Below are positions 25,030-35,360 of a stretch of 64,000 nt of DNA, piece after piece. A program made the position numbers and the translations under genes. The number at the start of each line of letters is the position of its first letter. The stretch's first letter is position 1. The stretch lies in NCBI GenBank assembly GCA_963829475.1, contig CAWHIU010000003.1, forward strand, positions 17,196-81,195, written 5' to 3'. Below the pieces are notes generated by a model. The model had not been told where the DNA came from, made no database searches, and saw only the letters and a program-made list of their open reading frames with translations. The DNA comes from an uncultured Actinomycetes bacterium. Lineage in GTDB: Bacteria; Actinomycetota; Acidimicrobiia; IMCC26256; JANYLB01.

Positions 25030-25116
25030 TCAGCGGCGCCCGACGTTGGGTCGCTTGCCGTGGTTTGCCTTCTTGCGGCGCGACCGCAGGCGACGCTTCT
25101 TCGTCTTCTTGCTCAC
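25030..25116 (-). CDS. 50S ribosomal protein bL37 (actinobacterial 28-codon small ORF, absent from the ORF track)
   Basis: The minus-strand GTG at 25116 begins VSKKTKKRRLRSRRKKANHGKRPNVGRR*. The KANHGKRPN core matches mycobacterial bL37 as I remember it. GAGAGAGG lies a few nt upstream. Confidence 0.65.
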   Translation of the reverse strand: MSKKTKKRRLRSRRKKANHGKRPNVGRR

Positions 25117-25170
25117 TGGAGCCTCTCTCGGAGCGGGATCAGGGAGCCCAGGCTAATAGCCTGACCCTCC

Positions 25171-26196
25171 GTGGAGCATCTCGGCCTCGTCGGCCTCGCC
25201 GGATCCCAGCACGAACTGCTGTTCGCGGCGCTCACCGGGCTCGACGCCACCAGTGCCTCGGAGCGCGTGATGGGCCAGTGCTCCCTTCCCGACGATCGCC
25301 TCGACCGGCTGGCCGAGATGTCGGAGTCGAAGAACGTGGTCCACGCCACCTTCGAGATCGACTGGCTCCCGGCGCTCTCGGCCGAGGCGGGCAAGGGCCT
25401 CGGCAGCCGGCTCCTCGGCTCGCTCCGCGACTGCGACGCGGTGCTCTTCGTGGTCCGTGCCGGTGACGGGATCGACCCGGCCGACGACCTGGCTTCGCTC
25501 GAGTACGAGCTGGTACTCGCCGATCTCGCCTCCGTCGAGCAGCGGCTGTACAAGCAGAAGCGGGCGTCGAAGGGCGACAAGACGCTCGCGGCCGAGATCG
25601 CCGCACTCGAGCGAGCGGAGGCGTCGCTCGCCGACGGCGTGCCGATCTACCGCTCCGATCTCGGCGCCGACGATCGTGCGCTGCTCGGCCCTGTCTTCAT
25701 GCTCACGAACAAGCCGGTGCTGGTGGTGGTGAACGTGCCGGTCGACCGACTCGACGAAGGCGACGCGCTCGCGGCGCCGTTCGGAGAGGACGCGCTCGCA
25801 GTGTGCATCGAGCTCGAGGGCGACCCCGACGTCGTCGCGGCGCAGTCGGACCCGACCGAGCCGAGCTGCTCGAACGATCTCGGCGTGAGCGAGAGCGTGG
25901 TGCCCCGGCTGGCGCGCGCCGCCTATCACATGCTCGGTCGGCGCACGTTCCTCACCACGGGCGACAAGGAGAGCCGCGCGTGGACGTTCCGCGCCGGTGC
26001 GCACGCACCCGAGTGCGCGGGAGTCATCCACTCCGATCTCCAGCGCGGCTTCATCCGCGCCGAGGTGATCGGTTGGCAGGAGCTCCTCGACATCGGCTCG
26101 TGGACGAAGGCCAAGGACCTCGGGAAGCTCCGGGTCGAGGGCAAGGACTACGAGGTCGCCGACGGCGACGTGCTCGAGATCCGCTTCAACGTGTGA
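25171..26196 (+). CDS. ychF: YchF-like protein (OBG-HflX-like GTPase/ATPase fold with TGS/DUF933 C-terminus) with degenerate nucleotide-binding motifs
   Basis: The ORF is an intact 341 aa. The C-terminal half is canonical (RAWTFRAG..APECAGVIHSDLQRGFIRAEVI..DGDVLEIRFNV). The N-terminus reads GLVGLAGSQHELLFAALT where YchF has G.VGLPNVGKST.FNALT. The DxxG region reads EIDWLP. Confidence 0.8.
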   Translation: MEHLGLVGLAGSQHELLFAALTGLDATSASERVMGQCSLPDDRLDRLAEMSESKNVVHATFEIDWLPALSAEAGKGLGSRLLGSLRDCDAVLFVVRAGDGIDPADDLASLEYELVLADLASVEQRLYKQKRASKGDKTLAAEIAALERAEASLADGVPIYRSDLGADDRALLGPVFMLTNKPVLVVVNVPVDRLDEGDALAAPFGEDALAVCIELEGDPDVVAAQSDPTEPSCSNDLGVSESVVPRLARAAYHMLGRRTFLTTGDKESRAWTFRAGAHAPECAGVIHSDLQRGFIRAEVIGWQELLDIGSWTKAKDLGKLRVEGKDYEVADGDVLEIRFNV

Positions 26197-26217
26197 TCAG
26201 GCCTTCGGAGGCGCGCG

Positions 26218-26548
26218 ATGCCCTGGATCGTCCGAGCGGATGACGTGCTGGCAGCTGCGGAGGTCGCCGCGCACCGGACGTGAGCGACGACGCGGTCTGC
26301 TCGGTCGCGACGGGATCGAAGGTGCGCTCGTGTTCGCGGCCGTGTCGACACGTCCACACGTTCGGCATGCGCTTCTCGATCGACGTCGCGTTCTGCGCCG
26401 CCGACGGGTCGTGCTGCGCATCTGCGCCCTGCGCCCGTGGCGGCTCGCGCCGCTGGTGTTCCGGACCCGGTTCGTGATCGAGGCCGAGGCCGGCGCGTTC
26501 GACCGCTGGTCCCTGCGCGCCGGCGACGTCGTCGAGATCCAGCGAGTG
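26218..26548 (+). pseudogene. DUF192 domain protein, with 2-3 frame breaks and an unclear 3' end
   Basis: The ATG at 26218 begins MPWIVRADDVLAAAEVA. The motif HTFGMRFSIDVAFCAADG is in ORF 26280-26477. LRPWRLAPLVFRTRFVIEAEAGAFDRWSLRAGDVVEI is in ORF 26240-. Confidence 0.55.
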
Positions 26549-27411
26549 AGCGGGCCGCAGGACGTGCCCGGGCTCGCTCGTGCTCGTCGGCACGCCGATC
26601 GGCAACCTCGGCGATCTCGCGCCGCGCGCGGTCGAGGCGCTGCGCGACGCCGACGTGATCGCGTGCGAGGACACCCGCCGCACCCGGGCGTTGCTGTCGG
26701 CCGTCGACGTTCCGGCCGGGAACCGGCTGCGCGCGGTGCACGCGCACAACGAGCAGGACGGCGCCGACGCGCATCGTCGACGAGGTCGCCGACGGTCGGC
26801 GGGTCGCGTACGTGACCGACGCCGGGATGCCCGGGATCAGCGATCCCGGTGCCGAGCTCGTGCGGGCGTGCCTGCGCGCCGGGCTCGCCGGTCGACGTCG
26901 TCCCCGGCCCGACCGCGCTCACCGTCGCCCTCGTGCTCTCGGGTCTCCCGACCGAGCGGTTCGTCTTCGACGGGTTCCTGCCCCGGAAGGGCGCCGATCG
27001 ACGTACTCGGCTCGTCGCGCTCGGCGTCGGAGCCGCGGACGACCGTGCTCTACGAATCGCCCGCGCCGCGTCGCGGCGACGCTCGCCGACCTGGCCGCGG
27101 TGTGCGGGCCCGATCGACCGGTCGCGGTGGTCCGGGAGCTCACGAAGCTCCACGAGGAGGCGTACCGCGGACCGCTCGGCGAGGCCGCGGCCCTCGCCGC
27201 GCGGCCAACGAGGCCGCGCGGCGAGCACGTGATCGTGCTCGGCGGCGCGCCGACGCGGCGCGGTGAGCGACGACACGCGTCGCCGACGCGGTCCGCGACG
27301 CGCTCGAGCCGCGGCGCGTCGGCACGCGACGCGGCGACCGCGGTCGCGGCGGAGCTCGGAGTCGCCCGGCGCCGGGCCTACGAGGTCGCGCTCACTCAGC
27401 GGAAGTCGTGA
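26546..27411 (+). pseudogene. rsmI: 16S rRNA (cytidine1402-2'-O)-methyltransferase, with at least 4 frame breaks
   Basis: Recognisable blocks are LVLVGTPIGNLGDLAPRAVEALRDADVIACEDTRRTRALL, AYVTDAGMPGISDPG, VDVVPGPTALTVALVLSGLP..RFVFDGFLPRK, VLYESP.R and VVRELTKLHEE. The start is inferred. Confidence 0.8.
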
Positions 27412-27640
27412 GCCGGCCGACGCACCCGCCGCAGACGCGCTTGCCCGCGAACTCGCGCAGCTCGGTTGCGGTGCCGCAGAAGATGCACCGACTCTCGACC
27501 TTGGTCAGGAGGATGCGGCTTCCCTCGACCGCGACCTCGACGAGGTCGCCCTCCCGCAGGCCCAGGGTCCGTCGCACCTCGACGGGCAGCACCACCCGGC
27601 CCAGCTGGTCGACCTTGCGGGTCACTCCGGAACTCGTCAC
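27392..27640 (-). CDS. AbrB/MazE/SpoVT-family DNA-binding protein with a C-terminal CxxC...CxxC zinc ribbon
   Basis: The ORF is an intact 82 aa. It has the swapped-hairpin motif VTRKVDQLGRVVLPVEVRRTLGLREGD and then CIFCG...VCGGC. Confidence 0.8.
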   Translation of the reverse strand: MTSSGVTRKVDQLGRVVLPVEVRRTLGLREGDLVEVAVEGSRILLTKVESRCIFCGTATELREFAGKRVCGGCVGRLTTSAE

Positions 27641-27702
27641 GCCACTTCATCCGGCTCTCGTCGCAACTCCGCGTCGGGAGCCCGGCCCGGTCGGTATCGT
27701 AG

Positions 27703-29984
<2,282 letters not shown>

Positions 29985-30092
29985 GGACTCGATCTCGCGC
30001 GGTGAGCGCGTCACCGCAGGTCAAGCGCGCGCGTCGCGGGAAAGCGCGAGAACACCGCGGGACGCGTGCTGAAGCTCGTCTGACGAACAAAT

Positions 30093-30225
30093 TGACCACC
30101 AGGTGGAGGCGTCACTACGTTCCGTCGATCCCCGCAACGCGTGTAGGGCGCAAACGCGGGTGGAACACCGTTCGCACGGGAGGCGGAGCCCGATCACCGA
30201 TCAGTTGACTCATCGAGTCGCGCGT
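30093..30225 (+). promoter_or_regulatory. Candidate sigma70-type promoter followed by a candidate c-di-AMP (ydaO/yuaA-class) riboswitch in the leader of the yabE/rpfB-like gene
   Basis: The promoter candidate is TTGACC(30093)-N18-TACGTT. The leader then contains CGAUCCCC..GUAGGGCGC..GCGGGUGGAACACC..CACGGGAGGCGGAGCCCGAUCACCGAUCAGUUGACUCAUCGAGUCG. From memory, this resembles the conserved ACGG.GG and CCCG.ACCCGACAGCUAAC.UC cores of ydaO RNAs. That class is known to precede actinobacterial cell-wall hydrolase genes. This has not been checked with a covariance model. Confidence 0.35.
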
Positions 30226-31719
30226 GCACGACACGGCACATCGGAACGTCACGATGCGCGCGGTCGTCACGTCGCGGTGCGTCAGCGAGCTCGACGGCAC
30301 GCGATCCGTGTCGTGCGTCCGTCGCCGGCTCGGGTCGAAGCGCCCGAGCCCGACGTCTGGATCCCGATCCTCGATCTCCACGTGCTCGAAGCGCTCGGAT
30401 CGACGATCGACCCCTTCCTCGCGCGGGAGCTCGAAGGGCTCGAGCTCTCGCCGTTCGCTCCCGCGACTCCGACGCGGACTCTGCCGCCCCCGCCGCACGA
30501 CGCGGTCACCGCCTTCGTCATCGACGTCTATGGCCCCCCTGCGGCCGTACCGATGCCCGATCCGGCGCCCCTTCTGCCTTCCCTCTCGCCGCCTGACCGT
30601 CCGGGTGTCTCGGGCCCGACGGCGATCGGTCACGCCCACCACCGATTTCTCCACTGGGTGATCCTCGCGGTGGCGCTGTGCGTCGTCGCCGCCGGCGTGC
30701 CGTACTTCCTCCGTTCTCCCGCCCAGCGTCGGGTCATCCTCGATGTCGACGGCGCGTCGTTCGCGCGGACGACCCGGGTGAGCGACGTCGCCGATCTTCT
30801 CTCCGGTGCCGGCATCGCGGTCGCCGCCGGCGATCGCGTCGTCCCGGGTCTCGGCGCTCGATTGCGCGACGGCGCCACCGTCCGCATCACGCGCGCCTTC
30901 CCGATCACGGTCGACGTCAACGGGGTCATGCGCACGGTCCGCACGACGGCGACGTCGGTGAAGGCGCTCCGACGTGAGCTCGCGATCCCGGCCGCGATGG
31001 TGGCGGTCGGTTCATACGATCGGCTGCACCGTGGCGGCACGGTCGTGTTCCGGACTCCCTACGAGGTCACGCTCGTGACCGACGGTGTGGCCGGAACGCT
31101 CACGTCGACGGCGCGCACTGTCGGTGAGCTCCTGACCCAACGGGGCGTCGCGTTCGTTGCCGGCGACCAGGTCGACCCCGCGCTCGACACCCCGTTGTCA
31201 CAGGATCTCGCGATCACGGTCACACACACGACCGCCGATCGCGTCACCGAAGACACCGTGGTTCCGTTCGCGACGCAGGAACGAGACGACCCGTCGCTTG
31301 CGGTCGGTCAACGTCGTGTCGTGCAAGCCGGCGCCAACGGAACCGACCGGACCACCTACCAGCTGACGCGCGACGGCGCCACGGTGGTGGCGAAGCAGGC
31401 GCTCGGTACCGTGGCGGTGTCGGCACCGCAACCGGAGATCATCGCGGTGGGCACCCAACCCATCGGAACGCACCGGCAATCCGGTACGGCGACCTGGTAC
31501 GGCACGTTGCACGAGGCGGGGACGTGTGCACACCTGACCATCCCGTTCGGCACCATCGTGCGTGTCACCGACACCGACACCGGAGCTTCGACGACGTGCC
31601 GTGTCGCCGATCGAGGCCCCGAAGCGTGGACCGGGAACCTCATCGATCTCTCGCCCGACGTGTTCCGCCAGCTCCAGCCGCTGTCGGCCGGAAAGATGCA
31701 CGTCTCGCTCGACTACTGA
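30103..31719 (+). CDS. Cell-wall-active protein with TM anchor, three DUF348 domains, a G5 domain and an RlpA-like double-psi beta-barrel (YabE/RpfB positional orthologue)
   Basis: The frame is uninterrupted. There are three DUF348-like repeats (VILDVDG..., ITVDVNG..., VTLVTDG...) and a G5 domain (VVPFATQERDDPSLAVGQRRVVQAGANGTDRTTY). The C-terminus reads GTATWYG....AHLTIPFGTIVRVTDTDTGASTTCRVADRGP....IDLSPDVF. The true start is very likely well downstream of 30103, after the leader RNA and possibly near 30550. Confidence 0.75.
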   Translation: MEASLRSVDPRNACRAQTRVEHRSHGRRSPITDQLTHRVARARHGTSERHDARGRHVAVRQRARRHAIRVVRPSPARVEAPEPDVWIPILDLHVLEALGSTIDPFLARELEGLELSPFAPATPTRTLPPPPHDAVTAFVIDVYGPPAAVPMPDPAPLLPSLSPPDRPGVSGPTAIGHAHHRFLHWVILAVALCVVAAGVPYFLRSPAQRRVILDVDGASFARTTRVSDVADLLSGAGIAVAAGDRVVPGLGARLRDGATVRITRAFPITVDVNGVMRTVRTTATSVKALRRELAIPAAMVAVGSYDRLHRGGTVVFRTPYEVTLVTDGVAGTLTSTARTVGELLTQRGVAFVAGDQVDPALDTPLSQDLAITVTHTTADRVTEDTVVPFATQERDDPSLAVGQRRVVQAGANGTDRTTYQLTRDGATVVAKQALGTVAVSAPQPEIIAVGTQPIGTHRQSGTATWYGTLHEAGTCAHLTIPFGTIVRVTDTDTGASTTCRVADRGPEAWTGNLIDLSPDVFRQLQPLSAGKMHVSLDY

Positions 31720-31774
31720 TCGGCGACCAGCTGTTCCGAGATCGGTCGGGCCGGATCGGTGACACGATGGGCGT

Positions 31775-32632
31775 GTGACCGCGATCAACCCCGGAGAGCT
31801 CAGGAGCCTGCTCGGCGCGCACGGATTGCGCCCCAGTCGCGCGCTCGGTCAGCACTTCCTGGCCGATCCCAACACGGCCCGCCGGATCGTCGCGCTCGCG
31901 GGTGTCGGTGCGGGAGACCACGTGCTCGAGATCGGCCCTGGTGTCGGATCGCTCACCGTCGCCCTCGCCGGTGCAGGAGCGAGCGTCACCGCGCTCGAGA
32001 TCGACCGTCACCTGATCCCGGTCCTCGATGACGCGTTGGGTCGTGCCGGTGTCGCTTCCGCGGTGCGGGTGGTGCACGGTGACGCGTTGGCCGAGGACCT
32101 CGACGCGCTGCTCGGCGGAACGCGTCACGTCATGGTCTCGAATCTCCCGTACAACGTCGCGGTTCCGATCGTGATCCGCGTGCTCGGCGAAGTACCCGCG
32201 ATCGAGCGGATGCTGGTCATGGTGCAACGCGAGGTCGGCGATCGACTCGCGGCCGGGCCGGGGACGAAGGACTACGGGTCGGTGTCGGTGCGGGTCGGCT
32301 ACTTCGCGACCGCGCGTCGGGTCGGGCTCGTCCCGCCGACGGTCTTCCTCCCACCACCGAAGGTCGATTCCGCGCTCGTCGAGCTGGTTCGTCACCCGCG
32401 CCCACCGGTCGACGTCCCGTCGGTAGACGAGCTCTTCGCGCTCGTACGGGCCGGGTTCTCGCAGCGGCGCAAGATGCTGCGGCGGGTGTTGCGCACCGAG
32501 CTCGGTGATCGCACCGACGCCACGTTGGTCGCGGCCGGTATCGACCCCGCGGCGCGGGCCGAGACCCTCGATCTCGTGGCGTGGGCCGCGCTGGCCCGGG
32601 CTGCGGCAGAGTCGGGGGCGAAGGGTGCGTGA
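31775..32632 (+). CDS. rsmA: 16S rRNA (adenine1518/1519-N6)-dimethyltransferase
   Basis: The ORF is an intact 285 aa. Motifs present are LGQHFLADPN, VLEIGPGVGSLT and MVSNLPYNVAVPI. Confidence 0.9.
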   Translation: MTAINPGELRSLLGAHGLRPSRALGQHFLADPNTARRIVALAGVGAGDHVLEIGPGVGSLTVALAGAGASVTALEIDRHLIPVLDDALGRAGVASAVRVVHGDALAEDLDALLGGTRHVMVSNLPYNVAVPIVIRVLGEVPAIERMLVMVQREVGDRLAAGPGTKDYGSVSVRVGYFATARRVGLVPPTVFLPPPKVDSALVELVRHPRPPVDVPSVDELFALVRAGFSQRRKMLRRVLRTELGDRTDATLVAAGIDPAARAETLDLVAWAALARAAAESGAKGA

Positions 32633-33471
32633 TCCCAACGGGCCGGCTGGCGCCGCCGCGCCCGCCAAGCTCACCTGGTCGCTCCGGGTGTTGGGGACGC
32701 GTCCCGACGGCTTCCACGAGCTCGAAGCGCTCGCCACGACCGTCGACCAACCCCACGACGCCGTACGGCTGGAGTCGTCGGACCGTGGCATCTCGCTCAG
32801 GGTCACGGGCGTCGACCGTGATGTTCCGGCCGACGACACCAACCTCGCGTGGCGAGCCGCGGCGGCCGCAGGGCTCGACGTCGCGATCACGCTGGAGAAG
32901 CAGATTCCCGCGGGTGGTGGGCTCGGCGGCGGATCGTCGGATGCCGCGGCGGTGCTGCGGGCACTGGTCGACCACTTCGGTCTCGACCCGAGACGGGCGG
33001 AAGCGATCGCGGCGGAGCTGGGATCCGACGTGCCGATGTGTCTCCGCGGCGGTACCGCCTGGATGCGAGGGCGGGGTGAGCGGATCGAGAGCATCGGTGG
33101 GATCCCGCCGACCACAGTGGTCATCGCGACTCCACCGCTGCACTCTTCGACGCCCGCGGTGTACCGCGCGTGGGACGAGCTCGGAGGGCCGCGGGCCACC
33201 CGGGCGATCGCGGCGCCATCGGCACTCGCCGGGTGCACAACGGCGCTCGTGAACGACCTCGAGCCCGCGGCAGAGGCCGTCGAGCCGCGGCTGGCGGAGT
33301 TCCGCCGGGCGTTCCAGGCGCGCGGCCGGCCTCGAACCGTTCCTGGCCGGGAGCGGCTCGGCCTACTGCGTGTGGCTCGACGATCCCGAACGTGCGCGCG
33401 CGACAGCCACGCAGGTGGAACGTGAGCTCGGAGTCGCGACCTTTGCGGGAGCGGCAGGAGTCGTCTGACGA
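32625..33471 (+). pseudogene. ispE: 4-diphosphocytidyl-2-C-methyl-D-erythritol kinase, with one frame break near 33330
   Basis: The GTG at 32625 overlaps the end of rsmA. Motifs present are PAKLTWSLRVLG.RPDGFHEL, KQIPAGGGLGGGSSDAAAVL and GSDVPMCL. After the shift the tail reads FLAGSGSAYCVWL...AGVV*. Confidence 0.85.
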
Positions 33472-33526
33472 GAGGTGGCATCGAGGCGTGTGGATCGCCC
33501 GGCGCCGCGGCTCGCGAAGAACCGCG

Positions 33527-33628
33527 TCAGCGGCCCTGTTGACGACGCTGCCAGCGCGTCTTCTTGAGGAGCTTCTTGTGCTTTTTCTTCCGCATTCGCT
33601 TGCGGCGCTTCTTGATCAGCGAGCCCAT
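33527..33628 (-). CDS. 30S ribosomal protein bS22 (33 aa)
   Basis: The peptide is MGSLIKKRRKRMRKKKHKKLLKKTRWQRRQQGR. It matches the mycobacterial bS22 pattern MGSVIKKRRKRM.KKKHRKLL..TR.QRR almost residue for residue. Confidence 0.8.
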   Translation of the reverse strand: MGSLIKKRRKRMRKKKHKKLLKKTRWQRRQQGR

Positions 33629-33724
33629 GAGGGCCGTGACGCTACTGGCGGAGGCGGCCGAATGCACATCGCACGGTTGTGTGAGCCGGACGCGACCATG
33701 CGCGGGGTAGCGTTGTCGGGTCGA

Positions 33725-33795
33725 TCGGGGGTGGTGTAACGGCAGCACGGGGTCCTTTGGAGTCCCAAGTCGAGGTTCGAAACCTCGCCCCCGAG
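33725..33795 (+). tRNA. tRNA-Gln (anticodon TTG)
   Basis: A hand-folded cloverleaf gives acceptor TCGGGGG/CCCCCGA, a D arm, the anticodon loop CTTTGGA, and the T arm CGAGG-TTCGAAA-CCTCG. There is one T-T mismatch in the anticodon stem. Its position upstream of glmU matches other actinobacteria. Confidence 0.8.
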
Positions 33796-33854
33796 CTGGC
33801 GGGACCCGCTGATCTGCAGGGAAGACGGAGAGGTTCGTCGATGACGGGGTACCG

Positions 33855-35333
33855 GTGACCGGATATCGACCGTTGGCGGCCGTGGTGCTCGCCGCGGGTG
33901 AAGGCACGCGGATGCGGTCGACCACTCCCAAGGTCCTGCATCTCCTGTGCGGACGGCCGATGCTGCTGCACGTCGTCGACACCCTGGTCGCGCTGCCCCT
34001 CGAGCGGGTGGTCGTCGTGGTCGGTCACGGTGCCGAACGCGTCACCAAGACGCTCCACGAGCAGGTCGCGACGGAGCTTCCGATCGAGTTCGTGGAGCAA
34101 CGGGTGCAACGCGGAACCGGCGACGCCGCGAGCGTCGCACTCACCGCGTTCGCCGACGACCCCGACACCGACGGCGACATCATCGTGATGCCCGGCGATG
34201 CTCCGCTCGTGCGCCCCGAGGTGCTGGCCCGCCTCGCGACGGAGCACCGCGAGAGCGACGCCGCCGCGACGGTGCTCACCGCCGCGCTCGACGAGACAAC
34301 AGTCGACTTCGGTCGTGTGCTGCGCGACGACAAGGGCCGCCTCGACCGGGTCGTCGAGAAGAGCGACGCGTCGGAGGAGGAGTTGCTGATCGACGAGGTG
34401 AACACGTCGATCTACTGCTTCCGGCGCGGGCTGCTCGCGCCCGCGCTGCGCCGACTGAGCCCCGAGAACGCGCAGGGCGAGTACTACCTGACCGATGTGC
34501 TCGAGGTGCTGCGCCAGACCGGCCACACGGTCGTGGCGGTGCCCGCCAATGATCCGACCGCGGCGTTGCACGTGAACAACCGGGCTCAGCTCGCGGCGGC
34601 CGAAGCGGTGCTGCGCGAGCGCATCAACGACCGCTGGATGCGCGAAGGCGTCGGGATGGTCGATCCGTCATCGACGTACGTCGACGCGTCGGTGGAGCTC
34701 GAGCCCGACGTGCGGCTGTTGCCCGGAACGATCCTCGAGGGAAGGACGGTGATCGGCGCGGGTTCCGTGGTCGGTCCCGACTGCCGGCTCGTCGACACCA
34801 TCGTCGGTGAGCGCGCCATCATCCAGAACGCAGTGGCGCGAGACACCGAGATCGGTGACGACTGCACCGTCGGTCCCTACGTGTCGTTGCGGCCGGGCAC
34901 GCGCCTGGCCGCGGGCGCGCACGTCGGCACGTTCGTCGAGACCAAGAACGCCGAGATCGGTGAAGGCGCGAAGGTGCCCCACCTGTCGTACATGGGCGAC
35001 GTCGAGATCGGAGACCGGGCGAACGTCGGCGCGGGATCGATCACGGCGAACTACGACGGCCGCAACAAGCACCGCACGAAGATCGGCTCCGACGCGCGGA
35101 TCGCCTCGAACACGGTGTTCGTCGCTCCGGTCGAGATCGGCGACGGCGCCCACACCGGCGCCGGCGCGGTCGTCAACCGTGACGTCCCGCCGGGTGCGAT
35201 GGCCAAGGGTGTTCCGGCCCGGATCGACGAAGGGTGGGGCGAGCGCCGTGCGGCCGAAGCGGGTCGCGATCACGGCCGCGACGAAGGTGCTCGGGAAGAA
35301 GATGGTCAGGAAGCCGACGACCTCGAGACCTGA
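33855..35333 (+). CDS. glmU: Bifunctional UDP-N-acetylglucosamine diphosphorylase / glucosamine-1-phosphate N-acetyltransferase
   Basis: The ORF is an intact 492 aa. It has AVVLAAGEGTRMRS, YYLTD and C-terminal left-handed beta-helix hexapeptide repeats. Confidence 0.95.
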   Translation: MTGYRPLAAVVLAAGEGTRMRSTTPKVLHLLCGRPMLLHVVDTLVALPLERVVVVVGHGAERVTKTLHEQVATELPIEFVEQRVQRGTGDAASVALTAFADDPDTDGDIIVMPGDAPLVRPEVLARLATEHRESDAAATVLTAALDETTVDFGRVLRDDKGRLDRVVEKSDASEEELLIDEVNTSIYCFRRGLLAPALRRLSPENAQGEYYLTDVLEVLRQTGHTVVAVPANDPTAALHVNNRAQLAAAEAVLRERINDRWMREGVGMVDPSSTYVDASVELEPDVRLLPGTILEGRTVIGAGSVVGPDCRLVDTIVGERAIIQNAVARDTEIGDDCTVGPYVSLRPGTRLAAGAHVGTFVETKNAEIGEGAKVPHLSYMGDVEIGDRANVGAGSITANYDGRNKHRTKIGSDARIASNTVFVAPVEIGDGAHTGAGAVVNRDVPPGAMAKGVPARIDEGWGERRAAEAGRDHGRDEGAREEDGQEADDLET

Positions 35334-35360
35334 TCGTCCGACGCGTGCCAGGATGGCCCC

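Noticed and set aside
33725-33795. tRNA-Gln as a pseudo-tRNA, because of a T-T mismatch in the anticodon stem.
   Set aside because: The acceptor, D and T arms, the loop sizes and the conserved TTCGAAA T-loop are all canonical, and the genomic position is the expected one. Given the indel and substitution noise of this assembly, a single mismatch is not enough to call it non-functional.
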